From Chiloscyllium plagiosum (taxonomy: Eukaryota): DNA of 42,967 nt. The position numbers and the translations under genes were made by a program. The stretch spans positions 14,680,030-14,722,996 of the forward strand of contig NC_057750.1 in the NCBI RefSeq assembly GCF_004010195.1. Direction: 5' to 3'. The notes beneath the pieces were generated by a model. The model did not search any database, was not told the DNA's origin, and saw only the letters and a list, made by a program, of their open reading frames with translations. The stretch's first letter is position 1; each line of letters starts with the position of its first letter. Positions 23,935 through 37,139 of the stretch are shown here, piece after piece.

Positions 23935-24427
23935 CTGAACTGCACACTAATATTATGTGAATCATGTACAAGGACATCTAAACCCTTCTGTATTTTTGTA
24001 ATCCTTCTGTTTAAATAATACCCTGCTTTTCTATTGTTCCCATTGAAGCAGAAAGCATCCCATTTTCATACATGATATTCCAACTCACAAATTTTTGTCC
24101 ACACAATAACTATCTGTATCCCTTTGCAGAATCTTTGTATCCTCCACAAAACTTGCTCTTCTGCTCATTTTGTATCATCAGCAAATTTGCCTACAGAATA
24201 GTCTGTCCCATCATCCAAGTCATTTACATTGATTCCAAGGAGTTGAGGTCATAGCACTGGACCAACACACTCCTCTAGTTAAAAATTAGCCACTTATCAA
24301 AATCCTCTGAATCCTTTTAGTTAGTCAATGTTCTACCATGCAAACATGTCACTCCCAGCACTTTGAGCTATATCTTGTGCAGTGGCCTTTTATGCAGCAC
24401 CTTTTGGAAATCAAAATGCACCATATT

Positions 24428-24746
24428 GGGCGGCACAGTGATACAGTGGTTAGCATTGCTGCCTCACAGCGCCAGAGACCCGGGTTCAATTCCCGCCTCA
24501 GGCGACTGACTGTGTGCAGTTTGCACATTCTCCCCGTGTCTGCGTGGGCTTCCTCCGGGTGCTCCGGTTTCCTCCCACAGTCCAAAAATGTGCAGGTTAG
24601 GTGAATTGGCCATGCTAAATTGTCCTAAGTGTTAGGTGCAGGGGTAAATGTAGGGGAATGGGTCTGGGTGGGTGCGCTTTGGCGGGTCAGTGTGGACTTG
24701 TTGGGCTGAAGGGCCTGTTTCCACACAGTAAATAATCTAATCTAAT
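24428..24746 (+). mobile_element. HE1-type SINE
   Basis: Near-identical to 3115-3428; (TAATC)n tail; flanking CATAT duplication. Confidence 0.93.
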
Positions 24747-25059
24747 CATATCTACTGTACTGAGCGCATGATGTATTTTTGCATCTTTCTTTATTAGAGA
24801 AGAGGACGTTCCCATCAAGAATGTGGCAAGTGGGAGCACTTTAACATAAATGGTGGGAGTTCACATGACAGAATTGGCCAGATAAAAAAAAAGGCAGTAG
24901 TGCAAGATCGGAATGCAAGTACTGTAGTGATAGCCAAAGCGTGACAGAAACACAATAAACAAACACGTTTAGCATCAAAAATGGTCAGGGTGCTACGAAT
25001 GGCCCTGGAAGAGTGATAGTTTGTTGTCTCCCATGAATAGGATCAGCAAAATTACCGAC

Positions 25060-25660
25060 ATTATACGGCAATGGGGTTACAGTAATGGCCGTGCTATTAC
25101 CCACACTGCACCGCGGGTGGGAATCCGGTCTGTCCTCGCTGCAGCATGAGGCCGCGCATGCTCCCTACATGAACCATTCCGGGGCGGAGACAAAAACAGA
25201 AATTGCTGGAAAAACTCAGCAGGTCTGGCAACATTTGTGAGGGAAAGCGGAGTTAACGTATCGAGTCCATTGATCTCAGACGGAGACAAACGGTTAGTAA
25301 ACCCGGTACCGAGAACTCCGGACCAGCCAGGATTGCTAAAACAAACACCCTCCTCCTTTCACCTCCGACCCCGGGAAAGGAGCCGCAATTTAGATATAAT
25401 TTTTTTTTCTGTAGTTTCCCTGCCCTGGAGGTGAACGGGGATGGGTCCCTACCCGCTGGGGTTACTGAGGTAAACGCGAGCCAGACTCCGTTATTGTACT
25501 CACAGAACCAGGGCGACTGGAAATTCAAATTTAAAATCTAACCGCCTCCAACCGCCGCGAGCGTTCAGCCTTTACCAAGATGGCGGCGGTCACGTGATGG
25601 GCAGGGCTCAGGTCAAACTGTATCCCTCTGGGTCCTTGAGAGAGACGGTCTCAGTAAGTT
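25060..25660. promoter_or_regulatory. CpG-rich, probably bidirectional promoter
   Basis: CpG-dense in a CpG-poor window. YY1 site CAAGATGGCGGC (25576-25587) abuts E-box GTCACGTGA (25589-25597). Outward-facing donors: + GTAAGT (25654-25659) and - GTGAGT (25503-25498). Confidence 0.7.
25190..25280 (-). mobile_element. PLE-derived short repeat fragment (hammerhead core destroyed)
   Basis: Matches 11097-11180: CAAAAACAGAAATTGCTGGAAAAACTCAGCAGGTCTGGCA..GAGTTAAC. Confidence 0.65.
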
Positions 25661-26249
25661 AGGCACCTGCTGGGGTTCCCTCGTTTTAGCTTCTGTACAT
25701 ATTCTCGCTATATGATTCCCTTTAGGTTCCTCCCTCTCTGGCTCCTGTAGCTGTTTCTCTCTCCTGCCCACATGTGGAATGAATTCCCTCACTTTGGCTC
25801 CTGTACATATTCTCACCCTCTGTATCCTGTAGGAGTTGCCTTCTGGTGATTCCCAAATTGACCTTGTGCTATTCCTCTGCGACCTCATTCAGAACGGCAG
25901 TAATTCCATACATATGAGTTGAAAATAACTGCCTCTCCAGCAGCTCTCTAACTTACCAGACTGTTCAGTTGACAGCTGCTGCTGCTGCACAGTAATCTCA
26001 TCCAAATGAACACTGAGAAGGCCTAAGCATACGCTATTCCCTAGCCATCAATATTATCCTTTTCCCCTTACTACTGTCTTGAGGCTAAAGCTGTTTGCCA
26101 CTTTAGTGTCATATTTGATGCCAGGATGAGCATTCCATTATTTCTGCCTGTCACCACTGTGACCCATACCCATTTCCTCACGTATTATACGGCATTCATC
26201 AAAAGTTCATTGAAGCCCAAATTTACAACATCACCCTTCTCAATTTCTC

Positions 26250-26650
26250 TCAAGGTATGGAGGGATTTCTTATGAGGAAGGATTGAATAGATTGGGCCTG
26301 ATCTCATTGAAAACTGCAAGCTTCTTAAGGGCTTAACAAGTTAAATGTAGAAAGGTTGTTTCCTTGTTTACAGAGACTTTAGGACCAGAGAGCATTATCC
26401 CATAGAAAGGCATCACCCATAAGATAAAGACGAGGAGGAATTGGTGAATCTGATGAGCCTGTGTTGTTAAATGCATTGAAGGCTGAGATATATGGACTGA
26501 GATAGATTTCAATCATCATAGGTTATGTGGAAAAGTAAGGGGTGAAGTTGAGGGTCCAGCAATTTCTGTTTTTGTTGAAGATTATTAGATCAGCATGATC
26601 AAATTGAATGGGCCAAATGCCTCACTTCTACTCCTAAATCTTAGAGTCTT
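26250..26650 (+). mobile_element. Decayed CR1 3' fragment
   Basis: TTATGAGGAAGGATTGAATAGATTGGGCC...GATCAGCATGATCAAATTGAATGG...TCTACTCCTA, collinear with the CR1 3' end. Confidence 0.6.
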
Positions 26651-27189
26651 CAATAAAATTGTATTGATGTGCATTTATTAACTCCTATTCCACCAAGTAC
26701 CAATCAACTTTATCCTAGGTTAATTCTCTAAATGTTATCCGATCAGTGTGTCAGCTTGACTGAGCTTCACTATCATATTTATCCCATCTCTTGTTTGAAC
26801 GGGGTGACATTTTCAGTCTTGTGGCACCACCTCCATATGTAAGGAAAATAGTGGCTAAGGAACCTGCATTTTCCACCTGTACTTCCTTCAGCAACTCTTT
26901 CAAGATGGGGTGACTTTTTGACATTGACAATTGCTGGGTGTTTAGGTCCCTCCTGTCTCTTGTCCCAGAGCTCTAATCACAGCAAACCAATGTGTTCTGT
27001 AGTATTTACTTTAAATAACTTTATATCCTTTCTTTCCCTCCTGTGATGAGTGACTGGAGGTCATTGAGCTTAACAGATGAATTGGAAACAGGAGTTGCCA
27101 TTCAGCCCCACCGTCTGATAAGAAAATGGCTGATCTGACTGTCACCTGAACTCCACTTTCCTGTCTCTGCCTGTGGATAGGTGATTTCA

Positions 27190-27480
27190 CGAAGGGGGCA
27201 CATTTTTAAGGTAAGAAGAGACAGTTTTAAAAAGCCATGTCGGGCAATTTTTTACACAGGCAGTAGTTCACATGTGGAATGAACTTCCTGATGAAGTGGT
27301 GGATGTGGGTACAATTACAACATTTAAAAGACATTTGGATAGGTACGTGAATAGGAATGATTTGGAAGGATATGGGCCGAGAGCAGGCGGGTGGGACTAG
27401 TTTAGTTTGGGATTATATTTAGTATAGACTGGTTGGACCAAAAGGTCTGTTTCCATGTTCTATGACTTTATGACTCTATG
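27190..27480 (+). mobile_element. CR1 3' end fragment
   Basis: ACATTTAAAAGACATTTGGAT...GGTCTGTTTCCATG..TATGACTCTATG tail. Confidence 0.85.
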
Positions 27481-27744
27481 GCTCGACTCTTTTGTTGGTG
27501 AACAATTTATCCTGCACTACCTTTTAAGGAAAAATCAATGATCTTACCTGCACTGCTCTCTGGAGAAAAGAGCCTGAGAGAAAATACTGCTACTCATCTC
27601 TGTCTTAAATCAGAGTTGCCTTGTTTTTAAACTGTGACTGTAGTTCTTCTCTTCCCCCACCAGGGGAAACATCCTCACAGCAATCAAAAGTCTGTCTACT
27701 CTCAATGCACACTCTTTCATACATGCGTGCAAACACGCATTCGG

Positions 27745-28645
27745 CATTGAATATATTCAGTGTTTTCCCAAGGAGAGAATTCTAGAGGCTAATGACCCTC
27801 TGAGAGAAAAAACTAATTCTCCTTACTCAGTCTGCAATGGGAAATCCCAAATTTTTCAACTATCTCCCCTAGTTCTAAATTCTACCCTCCCCGAAGGGGA
27901 AATATCCTTCAGCATCCACCCTCTCTAGTCCCCTGAGGAACTTTAATCTTTCAATAAGATCACCTCTCATTCTTCTAAACTCCAACTGATACAGGGAGGA
28001 GAAAGTGAGGACTACAGATGCTGGAGATCAGAGTCTAGAGGAACCCCTGATGAAGGGCCTATGCCCGAAACGTCGATTCCCCTGCTCCTCAGATGCTGCC
28101 TGGCCTGCTGTGCTTTTCCAGCCCCACACTCTCGACTCCAATTGATACAGATTCATTCTACCCATCCTTTTCTCATAGATATTACCCTTCAGCCCAGGAA
28201 TTAATCGAGTGAACCTCCTTGAAACTTGTGGAATGCGATATGTTCTTGAATAAGGAGACCAGAACTGTACACAGTACTCCAAATGTGGTCATAGCAATGC
28301 TTGGTATTACTGTAGCAGACCATCTTTACTTCTATATTGAATTCCCCCTGTAATAAGCAACAATATCTATTTGCCTTTTGCTGTACCTACATACTAACTT
28401 ACAGTGATTCATGTACCAGGACACTCAAATCCTTCTGCACAATTTCTCTCTCTAAATACCATGCTGCTTTCCTATTCTTGCTGCCAAAGTGGACAAGTTC
28501 ACATTTCCTGATGTTATACTCCATTTGGCAATTTTTTTTGCCCACTCACCACCAATTGACATTCCTTTGCAAATAACTTACTTTCCTCCCTGTCTGTATG
28601 TTATCAGCAAATTTAACAGCCATGCTTTTGGATCCTTCAACCAAG
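27745..28645 (-). mobile_element. Decayed CR1 3' ORF2 fragment interrupted by a mini PLE element
   Basis: Minus strand encodes EYCVQFWSPYS..RRFTRLIPGLKG. Confidence 0.75.
27995..28134 (+). ncRNA. Mini PLE element: inverted tail plus intact-looking hammerhead
   Basis: CTGATGA (28047-28053), stem II GGGC-CTAT-GCCC, GAAACGTC (28067-28074), stem I GGAA/TTCC. 16-bp TSD ACTCCAA(C/T)TGATACAG at 27979-27994 and 28135-28150. Confidence 0.85.
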
Positions 28646-29071
28646 ACCATGTTAACTTTGTTCCTGTCTGCAAGGATTGAGCTCTCCCCGCCAAGCAACT
28701 GCAGTATCATTTTATTTTGGAATTCCAGCGTCAGTATTATTTTGCTCCCATTGCCACCTTAAGATCGTTCCAATAACTGAAGGTCTTTATTGATTCAGGG
28801 AGACTAAACCTGCTGCCTTGAGTGGAAAGGAAGCAACATTGTACAACTGTCAAGAAGATATTTCACTTCTGACATAATGTACAAAGCTAGGCAAAGTATG
28901 AGGATCTGTAATGTGTATGATGAAGTACTCCCAGTTGTATCTTCAATCTCATGATGGGTAGATGGCTGTGTGCTCGACGTGGAAATGAATGACAGACAAT
29001 AAATGCAACCAAAGGACATGAACAGTGTCAGATCCATTATTAAACTGACACTTGTGTTTTATTTATTATAG

Positions 29072-30484
<1,413 letters not shown>

Positions 30485-30557
30485 AGGAAAATTACATATT
30501 CAACATTTTAAATTTACAGAGCCACTCTTGCAGTTTGCTTGTTTGTCACATTTCAGA

Positions 30558-31445
30558 CAATGGTAGAGCCCTGGAATGTGTTATAGAACAAAGAGATCAA
30601 GGGGTATAGGCTCATAGCTCCTTGAAAGTGGAGTCATGGAGAGACAGAGTGGTGAAGAAGGCTTTAGGCTTGCTTGCTTTCATCAGTCAGAGCATTGAGT
30701 ATGGGAGTTGGGACATCTTGTTGCAGCTGTACAAGAAGTTGGTGAGGCCACATTTGGAATACTGCATGCAGTTCTGGTCACCCTACCATAGAAAGATTAT
30801 TACTAAACTAGGATGCTACCTGAACTGGAAGGTTTGAATTATAAGGAGAGGCTGGATAGGCTGGGACTTTTCTCCTCTGGAGTGTAGGAGACTGAGGAGT
30901 GACCTCATGGAGGTCTATAACATCATGAGAGGCAGAGATAAGCTAGATAGCCAACAGCTTTTCCAGATGGTAATGGCATCTAAAACTAGAGGGCATGGGT
31001 TTCAGGTGAGAGGTCTGGGGGCAGTTTTTTCACACAGAGGATGGTGAGTGTCTGGAACAGGCTGCCAGAGGTTATGGTGGAAGAAAGTACAAATTTGTCA
31101 TTGAAGAAACATTTGGACAGGTACATGGATGGGATAGGTCTGTAGGGATGTGGACCAAACGCAGGCAAATGGGACTAGATTAATTGTGAAAACTGGGAAG
31201 CATGGACAAGTTGGGCTGAAGACCCTGTTTCCATGCTGTAAACCTGAATGGAAATAGTTTCCAGAGGAGGAGGTGAAGACTGGTGAAATTACAACATGAA
31301 GGCATCGGGATGGGTATATGGAGGGTTTAGAGGGATATGGGCCATATGTTGGTAAATAGGACTAGGTTAATTTAGGATATCTGGTCAGCGTGGACGGGTT
31401 GGACCGAAGGGTCTGTTTCCGTGCTGCATATCTCTATGACTCTAT
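30558..31445 (+). mobile_element. CR1 3' fragments (two successive 3' ends)
   Basis: KALGLLAFISQSIEY..LYKKLVRPHLEYCMQFWSP; tails end near 31243 and 31445. Confidence 0.88.
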
Positions 31446-31514
31446 TACTGTGGGAAATACCTTAATATGAATTCCCGATCTTAATTTCACATTTTAATTT
31501 CTGCCAAGCTCCAT

Positions 31515-31700
31515 TTTATTTTGTTCATTCACAGAATGAGAATGCCATTGGCTGGGCCAACATTTATTGCCCATCTCTAACTATGTTTAAGGAATTGGCG
31601 GTGAGCTGCCAACTTGAACTCCCGGAGTGTGTGTGGTGTAAGAACACCCATAGCGCTGCTCAGAAGGGAGTCCCAGGGATTTGAGCCAATGACTGTGACT
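31515..31700 (-). mobile_element. 3' end of the LINE family sharing its tail with the DeuSINE
   Basis: CATTTATTGCCCATC motif shared with 39367; continues as a LINE-like 3' end related to 42410-42490. Confidence 0.5.
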
Positions 31701-32145
31701 GCTTCCTCAGCTTTTGTACCCAAAGTTACCAAGGAAGTCCAATTTTCTGACTACTAGCTTTACTACATAACTATAAATAAGGCCAAAACATAATCACTAG
31801 ACTTTAAGAAGGAACTGCAAGTGATGCCTATACCCCTTTCTTTGAATGTGCATGACCCCTAACCCGCTTTACACAATGGTAGAGCCTAGTACTGGTTTCT
31901 CTTGTTCAGTGTGTACATTTGAATTCTTACTCAGGTCATACATTTCACTTTGAGTCAGTTGTGTTAATCTTTCAGGTGAGAATTCCATTTATTTCTCTCC
32001 TTGTGTCACATTTTGCATTCTATTAGGGTATTTCACAGTTAGAAATATCTTGCCTTTCTGAAATGTAAATAGTTGCTTGCAGTACAGAACTTGAATGTTG
32101 TTGAAAATGAAGACAGCAATGGAAGCGTTTCATCTTGCATTCTTA

Positions 32146-32327
32146 GAGTCATACAGCACAGAAACAGACCCTTCAATCAAACCAGTCCATGCCAACCATA
32201 ATCCCGAAATAAACTAGTCCCACCTGCCTGCACTTGGCCCATATCCCTCCAAATCTTTCTTATTCATGTACATTATCCAAATGTCTTTGAAACATTGTAA
32301 CTGTACCCAAACTCACCACTTCCTCAG
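32146..32327 (-). mobile_element. CR1 3' tail fragment
   Basis: AGAGTCATACAGCACAGAAACAGACCCTTC..CTAGTCCCACCTGCC. Confidence 0.85.
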
Positions 32328-32503
32328 CACACATGCAAGAACAACATTTTATACTGCATGAGAAAATGCTGTTGATAGGTCAAGACATTGCCACAACAAT
32401 TGGACCAGGGAAATATTGTTCCCCACACTTTTGATTAGTTTGATAACGTTCGTAATGCTAGGACATAGTCCTTTATCCTGCAGAGGATGTCCTGCATATG
32501 TAG

Positions 32504-33146
32504 TATCACAAAGCTAGGTCCTTTTTTTTTTCTAAAAGCTGTTCCTTGGCTCAAGGAGGTTCTGTCCTTGATCTTTTTCAGAGGGGTAATAAACCAGGCC
32601 CGGCTCCGACCAGTCTGATTTGGTACAGATATGAAAAAGGATTTTGAGAGGCCTTTTGTTTATATGTAAACAGATAAGACTTCAGGCCAAAGTGGTCATT
32701 GTGACCTGTATAATGAAAGGTGCATGGTCAGCTCTTTAGCTGAGCAGTTTAGTTCAGTCCTGAACTGGTGAGGAGTTCAACAGTGAGCTGTGTGGAAACA
32801 CTCTCTCTCTCTCTTTCTGCCCTTCAACTTCAATCTGTAAACATGTGTTCATTTATACTGGGTTTTAAAGGGAGTTTGCTTATTGGAACTGTTCTGTATG
32901 TTCAGAACAGCATAATTAAGTCCAGTTTGGATACAGAGAGTTCTGCAGGGGTTCCTTATTCTGTTCTTCATGTTTCATTGTGTAATTTTGTTAATAAAGT
33001 TTTTTTGTCTGTTTTAAACCTGGTAGTCAACCTCGCTAACTTACTCCAGGTAATTTTCACTGTACACTTAGCGAAACAAATTGTAAAGTTATGGTCTGGG
33101 CTGCCTGCTTAAGAATGTCTTGATTGGTCTGGCCTAGTCCATAACA
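32504..33146 (+). mobile_element. Probable solo LTR
   Basis: Termini TATCACAAAG...CCATAACA, flanks GTAG/ATAG, AATAAA near 32993; splits an older repeat. Confidence 0.6.
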
Positions 33147-33928
33147 ATAGCTTCTAACATGCTTAAGTGTGCCACTCAGCCAGCCACACTGATGTGAACA
33201 ATTTGTTGTTTCTACAATTCTTAGAAGACTGGATTATTCATCAAATACTGTCTAATGACAGAATCATGACTCTACGTTCTGAATTTTGAAAGCTCAGGCT
33301 GGTTAAGTATGATCAGTACAATGTGTATTGCTCACAACCAATGGGAAGACTTGCTTGATAGGATCTCTCAGTTATTCAGATGCAGTGTCCTGTCCTTAAC
33401 TGGGAAGTACAGTATATTCAAGCATTGTGCCTTTTTTGAATTATATAAAAGCATAACAGATTGTACATAAATGCTGCTTGGCAATTCATGAACTAATCAG
33501 TCGCCTTGCAAACCAATCATCAGTTGTCACTTCCTTTAAAATTTGGCATTCTTACGTCTGTTCGGATGAGTGTGAGGGGAAAGGCTTTGACAGCATGTGG
33601 TAAAATTAGTAATAGTTGTCATATTAAACTTGCTGCTCTGAACCATGTTAACCCTGTAACATTACCCCAGATCCATCTGCAGCTATATGTTGTTGTAATT
33701 TAAAATAAAATTATTCTTTCCAAGTCAGATATGATTTTGTGTTTACTGAGCACATTTTTTTGCTGTTCACTCTTTTATCAATTTCTAATTCATTCTCAGG
33801 ACTTGTGCAACTTGTTTTGGAAAATATAGAGTAATTCAGAAATCTGGTCAATGTAACTGAAATGACAAGACCTGATGGATTAATTGAAAACTGTAAACCC
33901 ATTGAAAGTCCAAAAATATGTAGAGAAG

Positions 33929-34132
33929 AATATTATGGACTGTTGAATAATTCTATCTTATTCTGACCCATTACATTGATACATTCGTGTTTATGGAATG
34001 ACCTCTGGCGCTGTGAGGCAGCAGTGCTAACCACTGTGCCACCGTGCCGCCCACTCAATATTATGGACTGTTGAATAATTCTATCTTATTCTGACCCATT
34101 ACATTGATACATTCGTGTTTATGGAATGACCT
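33929..34132. repeat. Perfect 76-bp direct duplication flanking a 52-bp inverted HE1 5' head
   Basis: 33929-34004 is identical to 34057-34132; the spacer is the reverse complement of the HE1 first ~50 nt. Confidence 0.95.
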
Positions 34133-34319
34133 GCTGCTGTTTATCTATTAACTCTTTGCTTGGGATGAAGTGGAAGGTGAATGAGGGAAAGTTAGAGAGG
34201 AGGAGAGCCTGGCATGGACAACACTGAGTTTGAAGGTGAGAGAGGCATGCATGAGAGCTTCAGCATCAGCCACTTACATATCAATTCTAGACTTCACCAT
34301 CCTAATGTATGCATGGCTG

Positions 34320-34785
34320 GTCATCCTTAATATGCCCTCTGCAAAATTGACATCCAAAACATACCTTATGTTTCTTAACTTGCAGCAAATCCCGTTCCCC
34401 TTTCAAGCCTTCACTCGCTGATTGACATTGGGCCCCAGATAAGCAGTGTCCTGATTTTGTTTTAAAATTCTCCTCCTTGTTTTCAAATCCCTCGATGGTC
34501 TCACCCCTCCCTATCTCTGTAACTCCTCCAGTCCCACAACCAGTGGGATCTCTGCAAACCTCCAACTCTTGTGCCTTCCCAATAATAATAGCTCCAACAG
34601 TGGTGGCCATGTATACAGTTGCCTGACCTCCAGGCTAGCCCTTTTCTAGACAGCTTTAGTCGCTTTCTTTTTTCAACACACTCCTTAAACCTGTGTGCCC
34701 AAGCTTTTGGCATCTGACCTCCTAGCTCCTCTGTGCCTCAGTGCTGTACTTTGTTTTAAAGTACTTCTGTAAAGTGTATTGAGAA
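34320..34785 (+). mobile_element. L2 LINE 3' fragment, decayed
   Basis: TTTTAAAATTCTCCTCCTTGTTTTCAAATCCCTCGATGGTCTCACCCCTCCCTATCTC encodes FKILLLVFKSLDGLTPPYL, a typical L2 ORF2 C-terminus. Confidence 0.75.
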
Positions 34786-35434
34786 TATTCTACCATCTAT
34801 TTACCCACCTTTTACCCCAATGTCCCTTAATCCTTTTGACTAGCATAAAGCTCACAGTCTTAGTTTTAAAGTTAACAAATTACTTCACATCAAAGCTCAA
34901 ATGGCAACTGCTTTGTTCCGGAATGGTCTGGCACTGACTTTTATACTATGTCCATCGCCAAGTTCTAAAGTCATTCCTCCCAATCCACCTGCTGTGTCCC
35001 CAAGGATATCTTAAAAACTTTGGTCAAATCACCGCTTCAACTTACACATTCCAGGGAATGAAATCCTAGTTTGTTGAATCACTCGGGTTAATTTAACTTT
35101 TTGCTGGTGTCCAAGGATCATTCCAATGAACCTTACCCTGAACTTCCTCTCAGCCTATAATTCCTTTCTGAGATGGTGTTTACAGAACTAACACAGTATT
35201 CTAGTAATGATCTAATCAAACTTGTAACAAGTCGTTAAACTTCCAAGCATTTATACAAGGCAGAGCTTTCAAAGTGGAACTCGGGACCCTAAGTGGGATC
35301 AGCCAGACGGAAAATCTCCCACATTGAAATTATAAAATAAATTTTCCAAACTGAGTGTTTCCTAAAAGAAGCCTCATAAACTAAAACAAAACTGCCTTCT
35401 AACTGAAGCCTGATGCACTACACTGTTTATACAA

Positions 35435-35877
35435 TCATACAGTGTTAGAGATGTACTGCACAGAAACAGACCTTTCAGTCCAATTCATCCATGCTAACCA
35501 TGATAGGATCTAGATCCTAAACTGATTTAGTCCCATTTTCTAGCATTTGGCCCATATTACTTCATTCATATATACCTTTTCAGATGCCTTTTAAATGTTG
35601 TAATTGTACCAGCTTCCAACACTTCCTCTGGCAGCTCATTCCATACACAAACCACCCTTTATGTGAATAAGGTGCCCATGAGGTCCCTTTTTAAATCTTT
35701 CCTCTCTCACCCTACACCTATGCCATTTTAGTTTTGAACTCCTCCACCCTGGGGAAATGATCTTGTCTGATCACCCTATCCATGCCCTTCATGATTTTAT
35801 AAACCTCTATAACGTCACTCCTCAGCCTCGTAAAGTCCAGGGAAAATAGCTCCAGGCTATTCAGCCTATCCCTATAA
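35435..35877 (-). mobile_element. CR1 3' fragment
   Basis: Collinear with 19500-19935. Confidence 0.88.
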
Positions 35878-37139
35878 GTTTCATGTTCGCTCATTAAAAC
35901 TCTCCCAAAGAAAACAAATTCTCAATAGCATTCAAGAACAAATTCATACAAATTATCATGTTTGTAGCAATACTTGGAGGTTAATTATTAAATCATTCCA
36001 TACTTTCACTAGTCACCAGCTAGCATTTTGAAAAAGACACATGCCACTAACTCAAAATCCAATATAAATGATATTAAACTACAGGTGAATCACACCTTAC
36101 ATCTTAATGGAGATAAAATTGTTTGAGCTACATCACAGTTTTGAGTCAAAGTATGTTAATGATGATGCAAAGCAACGGCAGAGAAGGAATGAAAAGAGAT
36201 CCTGGATCCCACTACCTCATGGGACCCTGGGTGCAAAGATCAGCAGGTTAACCCATGACAGAAATACGCACCTGAGTAGATGCCTTCCTTGAATGGTCAG
36301 CTGATGACACTCCAGTGGACTACCAACTGGCCAGGGAGTATTGGAAGAGGAGGAGAAAGAAAATGATCATGCTGTATGACTCTATGACTATGATTCTATG
36401 AAGAAGCAAAAACATAACTCTGCATTTGGACACTTGAGGCTAGTTCACAAGAGAATTCTGTTTGTACTTTAGTCTAAGTGGAGTTTAACATGGCAAAGTT
36501 CAAGAGCATGATCTTGTTTGCACTCAGGCAAAGCCTGTCCTCACTCTGCCCTGCGGCAGTAGATCTGCTTGTGGAATGTGACAGATTTCACAGACAAAGA
36601 GCTTTAATGAAGTGGGCTCATTGCCCTTCACTGAGGTTCAAGGGGAAAATTTAACTATTGGTGTGAAAAGAGATACATTTTTTACTTGCAAGAACACCAA
36701 ATTTAAAAAGGGAACAACAATTTATATTGCATCAGTAAAGGGTGCCGATTGATTGGAAACTTGACTCTGATTGGCCAAATTGTTGCTATGGAGTGTGTAC
36801 CAGGGAACGATTGTCTCTCATGCATTTGTTTAATTCAAAGAAGCATCAATTTCTGGGCGTTCCTTTTTCCTGCGGAGGACAGGTCTTCTTGAAAATCGTG
36901 GGCCCAATGTGGCAGTTTTCTACCTGCTATTCTCCTCCTTTTCCTCCTCTTTGGGAACTAGATCTTCTTTGTGCTGTCACTGCTTATTCTTCTGTGTATA
37001 CGACAGTCCAAAGATAGAAATGATGGCACTCATGCCTGGGAGTGAGTGAAATGGCATGAACATTAAAACCAGAATTGAGAATGTTGTTTAAATGCAATGC
37101 AAGGTGCCACACACACACTCACTGAACTTGCTAACGTAA

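Noticed and set aside
25665..25835. Degenerate repeats (CTGTACATATTCTC twice, GGCTCCTGTA twice) next to the promoter
   Set aside because: Too short and low-complexity to assign a function.
36301..36350. CTGATGA as another hammerhead (also at 2448)
   Set aside because: No stem II closed by GAAA and no family tail.
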